Origin: Octopus sinensis
Taxonomy: Eukaryota
Direction: 5' to 3'
Assembly (NCBI RefSeq): GCF_006345805.1
Contig: NW_021831714.1
Span: 1 to 35,863 of the forward strand
DNA: 35,863 bases
The number at the start of each line of letters is the position of its first letter. Position 1 is the first letter of the stretch. Under the pieces are notes generated by a model. It saw only the letters and a program-made list of their open reading frames with translations, was not told where the DNA came from and ran no database searches. The translations under genes were made by a program, and so were the position numbers. Below, in pieces: positions 12,255 through 23,789 of the stretch.

Positions 12255-12435
12255 GTGTGTGTGTGTGTGTGTGTGTGAAGGACACAAGAGGTGTATATAG
12301 CATGTATGTTTGATATACTTTACCATAAATAACATTTCTATGTATATTTTGAAAGATAAGCAGGGTGTACACGGCACGTATGATTTAATATGTATATATT
12401 TGAAGGATAAGCCGGGTATATACAGCATGTATGTT
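12040..12435. repeat. Degenerate minisatellite interrupted by (TA)n/(TG)n
   Basis: Recurrent TGAAGGATA(A/T)..GGGTRTAYA..GCAYGTATG motif. Confidence 0.5.
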
Positions 12436-12638
12436 TTAACAAATTTTCCATCGCATCAATCATTTGGATGGAAACTTGTAAAAACGGATGCACACTCACG
12501 CGCACATGCACGCGCACTTAAACACACAGAGAGATAATCTTATATACATATATACGGTTCTGTACTTTCGTGGTGATATATTCAGACACTGCACGCATAC
12601 AGTGAAAAAGACAAGTATGTATGTAGAAGCACACATAC

Positions 12639-12687
<49 letters not shown>

Positions 12688-13054
12688 CATACACACATGC
12701 CTATATACATACATGCATGTATACATATATACATGCGTACATGCATGCATACATACATATATACATACATGCCTACATACATATATACATGCACATATCG
12801 ATAGTACACGTATACGTACGCATGTATGCATATGCATACACATACGCATACATGGATAGACATACATGTACATACATACACATATACATACACTCGTTTA
12901 TAAATACACATTCTAAATACAAGTATGCACACACACACACACATACATATACATACACATAAACACCTCGCACATATATACATAATGTGTGTGTGTTGTG
13001 TATGAATAAATATATATATATATATATATAAATGTATAACATATATAACAGTGA

Positions 13055-13358
13055 AGGCGCATGGCTTAGTGGGTAACGTATTGCACTCACGATTGCGAGA
13101 ACATGGGTTCGATTACCAGACCGGGCGTTGAGTTGTGTGCTTGAGCGAAAAACTTCATCTGACGTTGTTCTGCGATCACTTCGACATCTGGTATGTGGCA
13201 CCCAGTTGCACCCAGTTGCACCTGTACAGGTAATGCCGATCTGATGGAAGGAACGAGCATATGTCTACACAGACATTTGATCACTATAAACAAATCATCT
13301 GTGTGGTTGTTCGGTAAGAAGATTGTCGAAGAGTGTCTAACGACGGCAGAATCCATCA
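13055..13358 (+). mobile_element. tRNA-derived SINE, working family F
   Basis: A-box TGGCTTAGTGG and B-box GGTTCGATTAC. The body is homologous to 21220-21435. Confidence 0.75.
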
Positions 13359-13364
13359 TATGTG

Positions 13365-13397
<33 letters not shown>

Positions 13398-13477
13398 TGA
13401 TTGTATACATACTCACACATACCCATTCGCGCGCCCGCCCGCACGCACCCACACACCCACACACACCGACTTATATA

Positions 13478-14044
13478 CACTAACGTCAGAAATTAATTAG
13501 CACCCTTGATTTGCTCACCATGAAGCATGGTGGGGGTGGTCTGATGGTGTGAGGGGCGTTCAGCTACAGTGGTGTTGGGCGGCTCTATGCCGTCGAAGGC
13601 AACATCAACGCAGCAAAGTACGTTGAGATAGTACGGGATACCTCTTTGGTGGCGAGGAGTACGTGCTGGCCAGTCACCTGACCTGAACCCTATTGAGAAC
13701 CTCTGGAGTCGATTGGGTAGGGATTTGAATGTGCAGCAATACAGGAATCGACACGAGCTGTTTGGGGCACTTCTTGCTGCATGAGGGGCCATCCCTGCAC
13801 AGTACCTGCAGGCACTCATAGACAACATGCCGACCCGCGTAGCAGCTGTCATTGCTGCCAAAGGAGGAGCAACAAGATATTGACTAAATTTCACGATTAA
13901 TAACAATTATGTGGTGTGCTGGGATATGTTTTAATAAATTTTTGATTAAAAACGAGTTCGTTTCTGATAATAAGTTAATTAAATTAATAAAATGTAAGAA
14001 AATGTAGAAATTTGAGAAGTGCTAATTAATTTCCGACGCAAGTG
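13478..14044 (+). mobile_element. Internally deleted Tc1-like element with both TIRs and TA TSDs
   Basis: 26-bp TIRs at 13478-13503 and 14019-14044 (3 mismatches), TA at 13476-13477 and 14045-14046. Coding remnant KHGGGGLMV*GAFS..SPDLNPIENLW..KGGATRY* (13520-13883). The second catalytic D region is missing. Confidence 0.92.
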
Positions 14045-14199
14045 TATATTCGTATGTAGGTATTTGGGCGTAAGTTAAATAATTTCATGTTTCGTTTTCT
14101 TGAAGAACGGCTTGATGTATTAGCGGATAGTCAACGGCATTGGAGAGCTTAATGATTGAAGTTGTATTACCGAAAATGCTATAAAAGAATATTGGAAAA

Positions 14200-15131
14200 G
14201 AGTTACTGGAATGATGGTGGTTGGCAGCGGATACGAAACTGCCGACTTCATGTCTCCTAGTCAATGCTCTGCTGTATGATGTTACTTGGACAGCTTCAAT
14301 GGAGACTACGAAGCCGTGGCCAGCAGGAAGTGACACACCAAGTGTTCTAAAAGCGTTCCTAAGTCAGAATGCTTCCAACAATCACAGGATAAGGTGATGG
14401 AAGGTCTGAGCAAGAGATTCGGGGCTCTGGCGAGGGAGACAGGTTGTGGAGTCTCCAACATAAAGCTTACGTTCGTACAAGAGGCGGAAGGCGAAAATAC
14501 TGGCAGCGATGCCATAGAGGGCAAAGAAAACGCTCAACTAACTGAGGCACCCTACTAAGCCAGAGAAAAAAATAGTTCTCATCAGATGAAAGGAACTTTA
14601 TTAGGACCAGTTGCACAGCAACAGGTGATGTCCCACATATCGTAAAAGCCAATTGCTCCCTAAACTGTGTTGGTCCTTGGATATGACTTCAGTGTAATGA
14701 CGTTACGCTGCCTTAAATTTCTGAACAGGACCTTAGCCATAATTCAAACGCCTATGTGAACTACGAGAAACTGGGGTCAATTTCTGGCTGGAGAGGATTA
14801 TTACTAGGAGTCCATATGTGAGGCAGTGGGATTCAGCTCCTTGTCATACCCCGGAAATGATTCAGAACTAACTGTTGAAGAATTTCTACGACTTCACCTA
14901 CTCCAATCTCTGGCACGTATTTTCCTTGGTTGTAATCTCATTGATTACTAGGTGTGAGGTGCGGTTAAGAAGGACACCAACCAATCTGTCGGTAGCTACG
15001 AAGGCCAAGTTCTTGGTCAAGATCAAGGAGGGGTTCGAAGATCCTTTCAGAGACATTGTAGTGGATTCATGAGCCAGGTTCCAGGGACGTCTTGGAATCG
15101 TGGTGGAAGCTGATGACGTGTAATCTGAGTA
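14200..15131 (+). pseudogene. Decayed Tc1/mariner transposase, DD37D (maT)-like
   Basis: Broken frames give ALARETG, LRHP..FSSDERNF, WDSAPCHT..NFYDFT..NLW and ARFQGRLGIVVEA. TIRs are not convincing. Confidence 0.7.
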
Positions 15132-15209
15132 AACTGTTATCTTTCATCCATAGAATTCTTTAATTGTTGGACCGGATATTGTTTTCTTTTCCTTTTACGC
15201 AAACAAATA

Positions 15210-15293
15210 ATCTATCTAACTATCTATCTATTTGTGTGTCTGTCTGTCTATCCATCCATCCATCCATCCATCCATCCATCCATCCATCCATCC

Positions 15294-15379
<86 letters not shown>

Positions 15380-16246
15380 GTTCCTACTACATAGGATTAC
15401 AGTGAATTTGGAGGCGGATACAACGGTCGTAGTGTAAGTAGTAGTGGTGGTAATGGTGGTGGTGGTGGCGGTGATGGGGTGTGTGGCATTAATCGCGTCG
15501 GTGTGGTCGTAGTATTGATGGCGATTGTGTTATTAGTGGTAGTTTTGGTGGTGGTGATAATGATGATGGAGATTGTGAAGGTGATGGCGAAGGTACTGGT
15601 GGTGGTTGTGGTGGTGATGACGGTGATGGTGGAGGCGTTGGTAGTCGTGGTGGTTACGGTGGTAACGATAAAGGTGGCGGTATTAGTAATCGTTAGTGAT
15701 GTTGTTTGTGGTGATAGTGATGGTGATGATATCGGTGGGGGCGATGGTGGTGTTGTTGCAGGAGATGGTGGTGGTTGTGGTTGTGTTCCTCGTCGTAGTG
15801 GTGGTGGTGGAAAGCGATACAGTAATGGTTATACTTACGTTTCGTTATGCTAAACGAAAAAAAAGAAAATGGCGGACTTAGTTTGAAAGAAGATTTACAA
15901 ACAGAACAAACAACAAAACAAAAACAATAAAAAAGTAAAACAAAAAGACGAAAACAAATAAATGTAATAAACAAACAATTAGAAAAAAAGGAGGAAAAAG
16001 ATTAAAAGAAATAAAAGCAAATAGAATGAAATAAATATGAAACAAAAAAGCGAATTTTAAAAAGGAAAGGAAAAAATATACTTATATTGAAGAATAAATT
16101 TATGGCTTTTAACACACTAATGAATGTGTGTATGTTTGTGTGTGTGTGTGTGTATGTACACACACATCCGAAAGATTCATAGCAAAAAGAAAGGCATCTG
16201 ACAGCTAGTAATAACATTATGTGTGTATGTATAATATACAAATACA

Positions 16247-16279
<33 letters not shown>

Positions 16280-16534
16280 GTGTATATATATATATATGTA
16301 TATATATATACATATATATATACATATATATATATACATATATGTACATATATATATATATTTATACATACATATATACGTATATATTTATGTATATAAG
16401 ACAGACAGACAGATAGATGGATAGATAGATAGATAGATAGAAATGCATACGGTAAAAGGCGAAGGAGGAGTAACAGATAAATATAGAGTTGTTAAAGGGA
16501 GAGAGTGAGATAGGTAGATAGGTATATATATATA

Positions 16535-16573
<39 letters not shown>

Positions 16574-17477
16574 CAGATAGATACACAAAGATAAATAGAT
16601 AGATAGAGAGATAGAGAGAGAGAGAGAGGAGAGAGAGAGACGTACTGTTTGCGTCCGAGGAAGGCATGTAGAAGTGCAGAGGGTAACAAAAGAAGAGAAC
16701 GTTAGTAAGATTATGTGTGAGAGCTGGAGGGAGAGAAGTAGAGGAAGACGACAGGAGAAAGATGAGGAACGTGAGTGTGAGTGGGAGGAAGGGTGAGAGA
16801 GAATCATTAAGAATGTGAGGAAGAAAAGGGCGCACGGAGGGAGATGTTAGAAATAAGGAAGAAGGAGAGAGATAGGGAAGGAAGACGGTGAAAAAGAGAG
16901 AGAGACAGAGATGGAGAGGAGAGAGAGAGAGAAAAAGAGAGACAGTGTAGAATGTTTGAGAGGAAGGGAGAGAATCATTAAGAATTTGTGAAAGAGAAGG
17001 ACACAGAGAGGGAGATAAGGAAAAAGGAGAGACAGATGGAAAAGAGAGAGTTTGATAGAGGGAGTGCAATAGAGAAACAGAGAGAGGGGAGAAATAGAGA
17101 AAGGGAGAGAGATGGGGAAGAGAGAGGGAGAGAGAGAGAGAATGAGGAAAGGTGTGAGACGGTGAAATTATGATGAGAAATATGAGAAATGACACATGGA
17201 AACTAGTGATGTGTTTTATTGCAGTGAAATAATTTACAGCACACCAATGTGCACAGTGTATGTTTGTGTGTATATATGTGTATATATGGTGTGTATATAT
17301 GGTGTGTATATGTGTGTGTGTGTGTGTATTCGATATATGAATATATATGTGTGTGTGCGTGTGTGTATATATATATGTATGAATACATTCATAAATGCAT
17401 ATAGAAATGTGTATATATATACACATATGCACTTACATATATACAAATGTCTATATTATGTAAGTGTGGCGTATATT

Positions 17478-17520
<43 letters not shown>

Positions 17521-17700
17521 ATGTGTGTGTGTGTGCGAATGAAGAGACACCTACACGCCCAAACAGCTATACATACACACACACACACATACATACCTCC
17601 GTAATACACAAATATTCATATATACACACACATATATATATATATATCCATATTGATACATTCATATACACACATACATAATACACACACACACACACAC

Positions 17701-17735
<35 letters not shown>
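15210..17735. repeat. Low-complexity block: (TCTA/TCCA)n, degenerate (GGT)n, A-rich, (TACA)n, (TAGA)n, a long GA-rich purine tract, (TG)n/(TA)n
   Basis: Direct reading. It explains the 356-aa SL-rich and V-rich ORFs. Confidence 0.9.
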
Positions 17736-17908
17736 TATATGGAGTATGTTGTATCATTCTTCCTATGAAAATGGAATTCTCCTCGCTTGAGATATGAAAA
17801 AACAAAAATAATACAAATCCTCCATACAAGTACCTGGCTAGTTATTCGCAAATACTCATCCACACCCATATATCTACACGTATATCTATCTACCTCTCTC
17901 TCTCTCTA

Positions 17909-18099
17909 CGATTTTTTTCCTCCGTCTTCCCTTCTCTGGATCTTTCCTTCTCCTATGTTTCCGAAGAAGAGCTCTGCTCGAAACGTAAAACTCTCCTTCT
18001 TTCCTTCTTTCCTGAGCGTCCAATAATACTATATTTGTTCCACGTTCTCGCGTTGTTGTGTTTTTTTGCTTTTTTGTGTTTTCTTGTTTGGATTAACTT

Positions 18100-18106
<7 letters not shown>
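17909..18106 (+). mobile_element. Penelope-like terminal-repeat fragment, family P1
   Basis: Second copy inverted at 19117-19335. It carries a hammerhead-like motif. The PLE assignment is inferred from that motif. Confidence 0.6.
17957..17991 (+). ncRNA. Minimal type I hammerhead-like motif HH-a (CCGAAGA core variant)
   Basis: GTTT-CCGAAGA-A-GAGC(TCT)GCTC-GAAAC-GT-A-AAAC. Stem I 4 bp, stem II 4 bp, loopless palindromic stem III ACGT, GUA triplet. Confidence 0.55.
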
Positions 18107-18132
<26 letters not shown>

Positions 18133-18138
<6 letters not shown>

Positions 18139-18424
18139 GAAAGAATGGAGTCGAACGAAGATGTTAACAAAATTCCTTTACTCTCGACATATGTTTCGAA
18201 AACAACATGGTTTCATTCCAAAGGAATAAAGGTGCATTATGCAATCTTCTCATCAGGAAAGAAAGGGAGCCTCTCTCGACAACAAGACAAACAAAAATTT
18301 CGATGACTGCCTACATGGTAAACAAAACGATAAAGAGTGTTTTTAAAAACACCGTTAGAAGAATTGACGTCAATTTTGTTAACATTTTGTTAACATCTTC
18401 GTTCGACTCCATTCTTTCATTTAT
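18133..18424. mobile_element. Penelope-like fragment P2 with a 41-bp perfect inverted repeat
   Basis: 18133-18173 and 18384-18424 are exact reverse complements. HH-b adjoins the left arm. Confidence 0.7.
18175..18266 (-). ncRNA. Type I hammerhead ribozyme motif HH-b (intact core)
   Basis: Minus strand: CCTTTCTTTC-CTGATGA-GAAGA..TTTTC-GAAAC-ATAT-GTC-GAGAG(T)AAAGG. Predicted cleavage falls between plus-strand 18186 and 18185. Confidence 0.75.
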
Positions 18425-18601
18425 TCATATAAAACACACAAATTTCTGCACATGAACCCGGAGTTTCTACCCTTGGACAGGTCGCTTCAACCGTGTTTCT
18501 GACATGAATTTGTTACCCTGGTTTCGGTTCAACGAATTTTAGAGCATATAGACTGGAGGCTTCTTTGACGTCGCCTCGTGGACATATACTTGTCCTCGGC
18601 T

Positions 18602-18696
18602 TCTCTGCTGACGAGACACGCCAGTTGTAAATAAATTTAATTTAATTTAATTAATTTGTTTACTAAAGTTTGTCGAAACTATGCATAGTCCAGAGA
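18602..18696 (+). ncRNA. Type I hammerhead ribozyme motif HH-c (intact core)
   Basis: TCTCTG-CTGACGA-GACA..TGTC-GAAAC-TATGCATA-GTC-CAGAGA. Predicted cleavage is after 18690. Confidence 0.8.
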
Positions 18697-18906
18697 TGAA
18701 AAGGGTAAATGTTTTTATTTCTCTTTCAATTTCAGAATTAGTACTATTTAGCGGTTTGAGTTTGGCTGCTCTTTCTAGTGAGTCGAATGGCCTATTAGGG
18801 CCATTCCTTATATTGTTGAATGTATATTATATAGTCTTTGACTATCTTTTCTTTCTCACTAGACCGCTGGTAGCGAAAAATTTTTTGCTACCCTTATATT
18901 TATTAA

Positions 18907-18952
<46 letters not shown>

Positions 18953-19116
18953 TGCATGAATCGTATAGAGTTACATGTTCCAAATGATGGCACTCACTCT
19001 TACACACACACACAAACACACATACAACTAGATGCTTCCATACACACGGAATCCCTCCCATAAACATATATTTAGTAAAGATATCTTTACTTACATCCAT
19101 AAGTACACGGACACGT

Positions 19117-19335
19117 ATATATTATAGTTAATCCAAACATGAAAACACAAAGAGAAAACACAACAACGCGAGGACGTGGAACAAATAAGTATTATTGGAC
19201 GCTCAGGAAAGAAAGAAAGAAGGAGGGTTCAACGTTTCGAGCGGAGCTCTTCGTCGGAAACATAGGAAAAGGAAAGATCCAGAGAAGGGAAGACGGAGGA
19301 AAGAAAATCGCCAACGGTACACACGCGGTCACATT
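19117..19335 (-). mobile_element. Penelope-like terminal-repeat fragment, family P1, second copy
   Basis: Reverse-complement match to 17909-18106, with about 25 extra 5' bases. Confidence 0.6.
19227..19261 (-). ncRNA. Minimal hammerhead-like motif HH-d (CCGACGA core variant)
   Basis: GTTT-CCGACGA-A-GAGC(TCC)GCTC-GAAAC-GT-T-GAAC on the minus strand. Confidence 0.55.
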
Positions 19336-19352
19336 TCGAATGTATATATATA

Positions 19353-19650
19353 TAGCCTCGGGCCGACCAAAGCCTTGTGAGTGGATTTGGTAGACGGAAA
19401 CTGAAAGAAGCCCGTCGTATATATGTATATATATATATGTGTGTTTGTGTGCCTGTGTTTGTCCCCCTAGCATTGTTTGACAACCGATGCTGGTGTGTTT
19501 ATGTCCCCGTCACTTAGCGGCTCGGCAAGAAAGCCCGATAGAATAAGTACTGGACTTACAAAGAATAAGTCCCGGAGTCGAGTTGCTCGATTAAAGGTGG
19601 TGCTCCAGCATGGCCGCAGTCAAATGACTGAAAAAAGTAAAAGAGTAAAA
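19353..19650 (+). mobile_element. SINE family A, 5'-truncated
   Basis: Starts at ATAGCCTCGGGCCGACC and has the full tail. Confidence 0.88.
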
Positions 19651-19665
19651 GAGAGAGAGAGAGAG

Positions 19666-19711
<46 letters not shown>

Positions 19712-19714
<3 letters not shown>

Positions 19715-19840
19715 GACGAGCTTTCACATGACTTGATCGGTCGGAGGTTACAGTAGAAAACACTTCCCCAAGGTTCCACACAGTGGGACTGAACCCGAAA
19801 TCATGTGGCTGGGAAGCAAGCCTCTTTGTACAGAGCCAAG
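19712..19840 (-). mobile_element. SINE family A head fragment, diverged
   Basis: Reverse complement of the GGCGCAG..GGTTCAGTCCCACTG head. Confidence 0.75.
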
Positions 19841-20648
19841 TCTGCGCCTATATTTTGTGCATTTTTTCAAAATTTAATTTCGAATTTCTAGGAGCCTCTT
19901 CATTACAACTTTCTTGTGATGAGAAACGTATATCGTGATGCATCTCACTGTGGTTGATATTAAAAGGTTTTCCTTGTAGCTTCAACAATATCCCTCTATA
20001 CGAAATCATCTGTTTCAATTTAATGATTTTGCTAAAACATTCCTCATTGGGAATTCGCATTCCTTTATTACTTTTCTATGCTCTTTTCCAACCGGCAGAC
20101 AGCAACTTTGTATGATTTTCTCTTACAATTTTAACATCATCTCTCCATCTAGTTTCAAGCATTCTTATCATGTTAACACTGTTTCCTGTTTCCTACATAG
20201 CTGTCAAATATTCCTGGTTAATAAAAGGAGTTTGTGTTCTAAGTTACTAGATATAAGAGCTTATTTCTTGCTTTCGGAACAGCAAGATCCTACAATAACC
20301 TCTCATATCGTCTGAAGGCAATATTTTTGTTTAGCGCTAAGGGAAGTAACTTTGAATGCGCCATTGTGGTAGCATTGACGTTTCTCCGTTGCCATGACAA
20401 TCAACCTTATTTCTTTAATTAGTAGTTTGAAAGCTGAGTCAACGCAAAGGAGTTACTACTAGATGAAATCTCCAAGCGGTTTAAAAGCACAAGCTTCCGA
20501 TATCCATGTGGCTAGAAAGTGTCCAACTCCCTTTGAGTGTAAGAAGTTAAGGGCCGATATATTTGGCCGAGGTGTTTCTTTTCTGGTACCCCTTACTCAG
20601 CTCTCATGAGAGTTTCTCACCGCTGGGTTTACAGTAGTCATACATAAA

Positions 20649-21110
20649 GGCGCAGGTGTGGCTGTGTAGTAAGTAGCTTGCTTATCAACCACATGGTTCC
20701 GGGTTCAGTCCCATTGCGTGCCACCTTGGGCAAGTGTCTTCTGTTATAGCCTCGGGCCAACCAAAGGTTTCTAGGTGGATATGGTAGACGGAAACTGAAA
20801 GAAACCTGTCGTATATATGTATATATGTATATATATATATATAATATATATATATAATATATATATATATTTATGTATGTATGCATGTGTGTATTTGTGT
20901 GTCTGCGTTTGACCCCCCAACATCGCTTGATAACCGATGCTGGTGTGTTTAAATCCCCGTAACTTAACGGTTCGGCAAGAGAGACCGATAGAATAAGTAC
21001 TAGGGTTACAAATGATAAGTTCTGGAGTGAATTTGCTCGACTAAAGGCGGTGCTCCAGCATGGCCGCAGTCAAATGACTGAAACAAGTAAAAGAATAAAA
21101 GAATAAAGGA
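20649..21110 (+). mobile_element. SINE family A, full length
   Basis: Colinear with 5294-5760. Confidence 0.9.
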
Positions 21111-21219
21111 CTACATACATACCTTGATATATACACATACATATATACATACATTCATATATATGTGTATATGTGTGTGTGTGTATGAGGGCCCATTACC
21201 CGGTCCTTTGTGTGTTACA

Positions 21220-21435
21220 CACACGATCACGTGATCGTTGTTCAATTTCTGGACTGGGTAAGGCGTTGTATTCTTGCGCAAAGTACTTCGTCTCACGTTG
21301 CTATGCAGTCATTTCGAGACCTGACGAGTGGCACACCGTTCACCCGTATACTCAATGTCGATTTGGTGGACGGAGTGAGCTAATGTACCGCGCAAGCATT
21401 CGATCACTGTATACCAATCATTTGTGTAGGTCAAA
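21220..21435 (+). mobile_element. SINE family F, diverged copy
   Basis: Aligns by eye with 13085-13315 (CACGTTGC..GTGGCAC..GATCACT..AATCAT.TGTGT). Confidence 0.6.
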
Positions 21436-21763
21436 TTCAAATCGACCCACCTTGTCAACATCGGCAGCGCAGGTAGTATATTTGAAGAAGCGTTAAAATT
21501 TAGAGGGCTGCCACAGATTCAAATAGGGAAAAACTCAGTTCGAAGTCTGTGAAAGTGAGTCGCATTGAATGTATTTCAAGATATAATAGTAATGATATAG
21601 TAAATTCGTCAATAAAAGAAATGCTGATTTATAACTGATGTATAACTGGTGTGAATCTTTAAATACCATTTACGTTCTTCTTTTATGCAAACGCTATATC
21701 TGGAACCATCTCTATGCTGGAGCTATAACTTTCATTCGATCGCGAACCCATCCTGTTTCTGTT

Positions 21764-21764
<1 letters not shown>

Positions 21765-21816
<52 letters not shown>

Positions 21817-21877
21817 CGCTGGTAGAGAAACAGACACAGACACAAACACAAATAAATACACATACATGTATACACAC

Positions 21878-21932
<55 letters not shown>

Positions 21933-22032
21933 CATACATATATATACATATACATATATATATACATACATACATATATGTACACACACACACATATATA
22001 TATATAAATACATACATACATACATACATACA

Positions 22033-22078
<46 letters not shown>

Positions 22079-22107
22079 AATATATATATGTATATATATA
22101 TATATAT
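21765..22107. repeat. Compound (TA)n/(CA)n/(TACA)n microsatellite
   Basis: Direct reading. Confidence 0.92.
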
Positions 22108-22263
22108 ACGACGAGCTTCTTTCAGTTTCCGTGTACCAAATCCACTCACACGGCTTTGGTTAGTTCGAGGCTATAGCAGAAGACATCCGCAGGAGGTGCC
22201 ACGCAGTGGGACTGAACCTGAAACCATGTGATTGGTAAGCAAACTTCTTACCACACAGCCACG
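22108..22263 (-). mobile_element. SINE family A head
   Basis: Reverse complement of the family A 5' half, up to the internal microsatellite. Confidence 0.85.
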
Positions 22264-23361
22264 GTTAAATACATGTTTGCATAATTACATACACACGAGA
22301 TTGCGAAACACTGAGAGGAGGGGGGAAAAAACGAGAGAAAGAGAAAGAAAGAGAGAGAGAGAGAGAGAGAGATGAAACGAGACAGGGAAAAAGATTAATG
22401 GCGAAGAAAATAACGATTAAAAACAAACACAGTGCAAAACAAGATTTTATGATAGCATTCGAAGTATTTATGCATTTTTGAATGACATTTTAAATTATAA
22501 ATTGACATTAGCAGATAAACATATTCCTACTTAGAGGCGGCTATTCGCCGGCGTATGTCTGTCTTTACGTGTAATTGTCTATCTGTTATAAGTGCTTCTT
22601 CTGCACAACTGTCTCTGCAGTGTGTTCTGTATTTAGCTTCTTTTTTTCTAAAAGAAATTCATTCGTGTGTACGAGCATATCTGTGTATATCGGCATATCT
22701 ATGTGTGTGTAAATATAAACGAGTTCCTGAGCGAATGTGTGTGTTGGTTAATGTGTTTTTATGCGTGCGTCTGTCAAGCTTTCGCTATTCGTTATCTATT
22801 AGACTGTCGCCCGGCGGCGTTTTTTTCTTATCTATGCAACTGACTGTCGCTTCTCTTTCTTTGTCACTATCTCTAGTTCTGTCTTGCACTCTGTAAATAA
22901 ACGTAGAAGCGGACTAACAAACATTAAACGAATATATGGATAAAAACGGTAATAACAATAAGCATGTGTACACAAACATACACGCACGCACGCTCGCATA
23001 TTTATACATATACAAATATACACGCGTGTGTATATGTATATGTGTGTCAATGAGTGCGTGTGTGTGTTGGTGGGTGGATGCGGATGTGTGTATGTAGATG
23101 CGTGTGTGTGTGGATGTGTGTGAGTTGTCTGAGATTGTCGGTAGCACTGTGTAGATCTACAGATGGAGTGAAATGTTACGGAATAGCTGACATGTGTATA
23201 CATGACAATTTTGAAGTATATACATTCCAGTATGCATGTAAACACACACACACACACACTCACACATATGCACATTTACACACACACACACACGCACGTA
23301 TATATAAATATGTATGTATATACATTTAGAAACGGAAAATTTATAAATATCAATCTATCCA

Positions 23362-23403
<42 letters not shown>

Positions 23404-23604
23404 GTGTATCCCAAAAGGCGTGAAACTTTTTAACAATGGGTATTATAACTGCCAGGGATTATTCTAATTTTAGTATATCAGTACTATACATCTAATAAGC
23501 TGACCTGCCAATTTTTTATTCCTGAATGTAAGAAACGGCTGTTACAGCACTTTCAACACCCTGTACATCACCCTGATTATCACAGCTTACTACTAGGTTG
23601 CAAA

Positions 23605-23641
<37 letters not shown>

Positions 23642-23649
23642 TATATACG

Positions 23650-23745
23650 ATATGTTTCTTTCATTTCTGTCTACCAAATTCAATCACAAGGCTTTGTTCG
23701 GCCCAAGGCTATAGTAGAATACACTTGCCCAAGGTTCCACGCAAA
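23650..23745 (-). mobile_element. SINE family A fragment
   Basis: CACAAGGCTTTG..GGCTATAGTAGAA..CTTGCCCAAGG match. Confidence 0.75.
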
Positions 23746-23789
23746 GTGCCATTTGTAATCTTACTATGTAATAATGTTTTGTTGTTTTA

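Noticed and set aside
13055-13130. tRNA genes at SINE heads (also 4110-4184, 9015-9075, 26625-26690, 34300-34371)
   Set aside because: A and B boxes are present, but there is no acceptor-stem closure and the sequence continues into SINE bodies.
18505-18535. Minus-strand GAAACCAGGGTA half-motif
   Set aside because: No upstream CUGANGA or stem I partner.
21322-21350. CTGACGA followed by a GTG/CAC stem
   Set aside because: Not followed by GAAA, and it lies within a SINE F body.
23401-23565. Possible Tc1/mariner-type right end (..TTTCAACACCCTG-TA)
   Set aside because: No partner TIR or coding sequence in the window.
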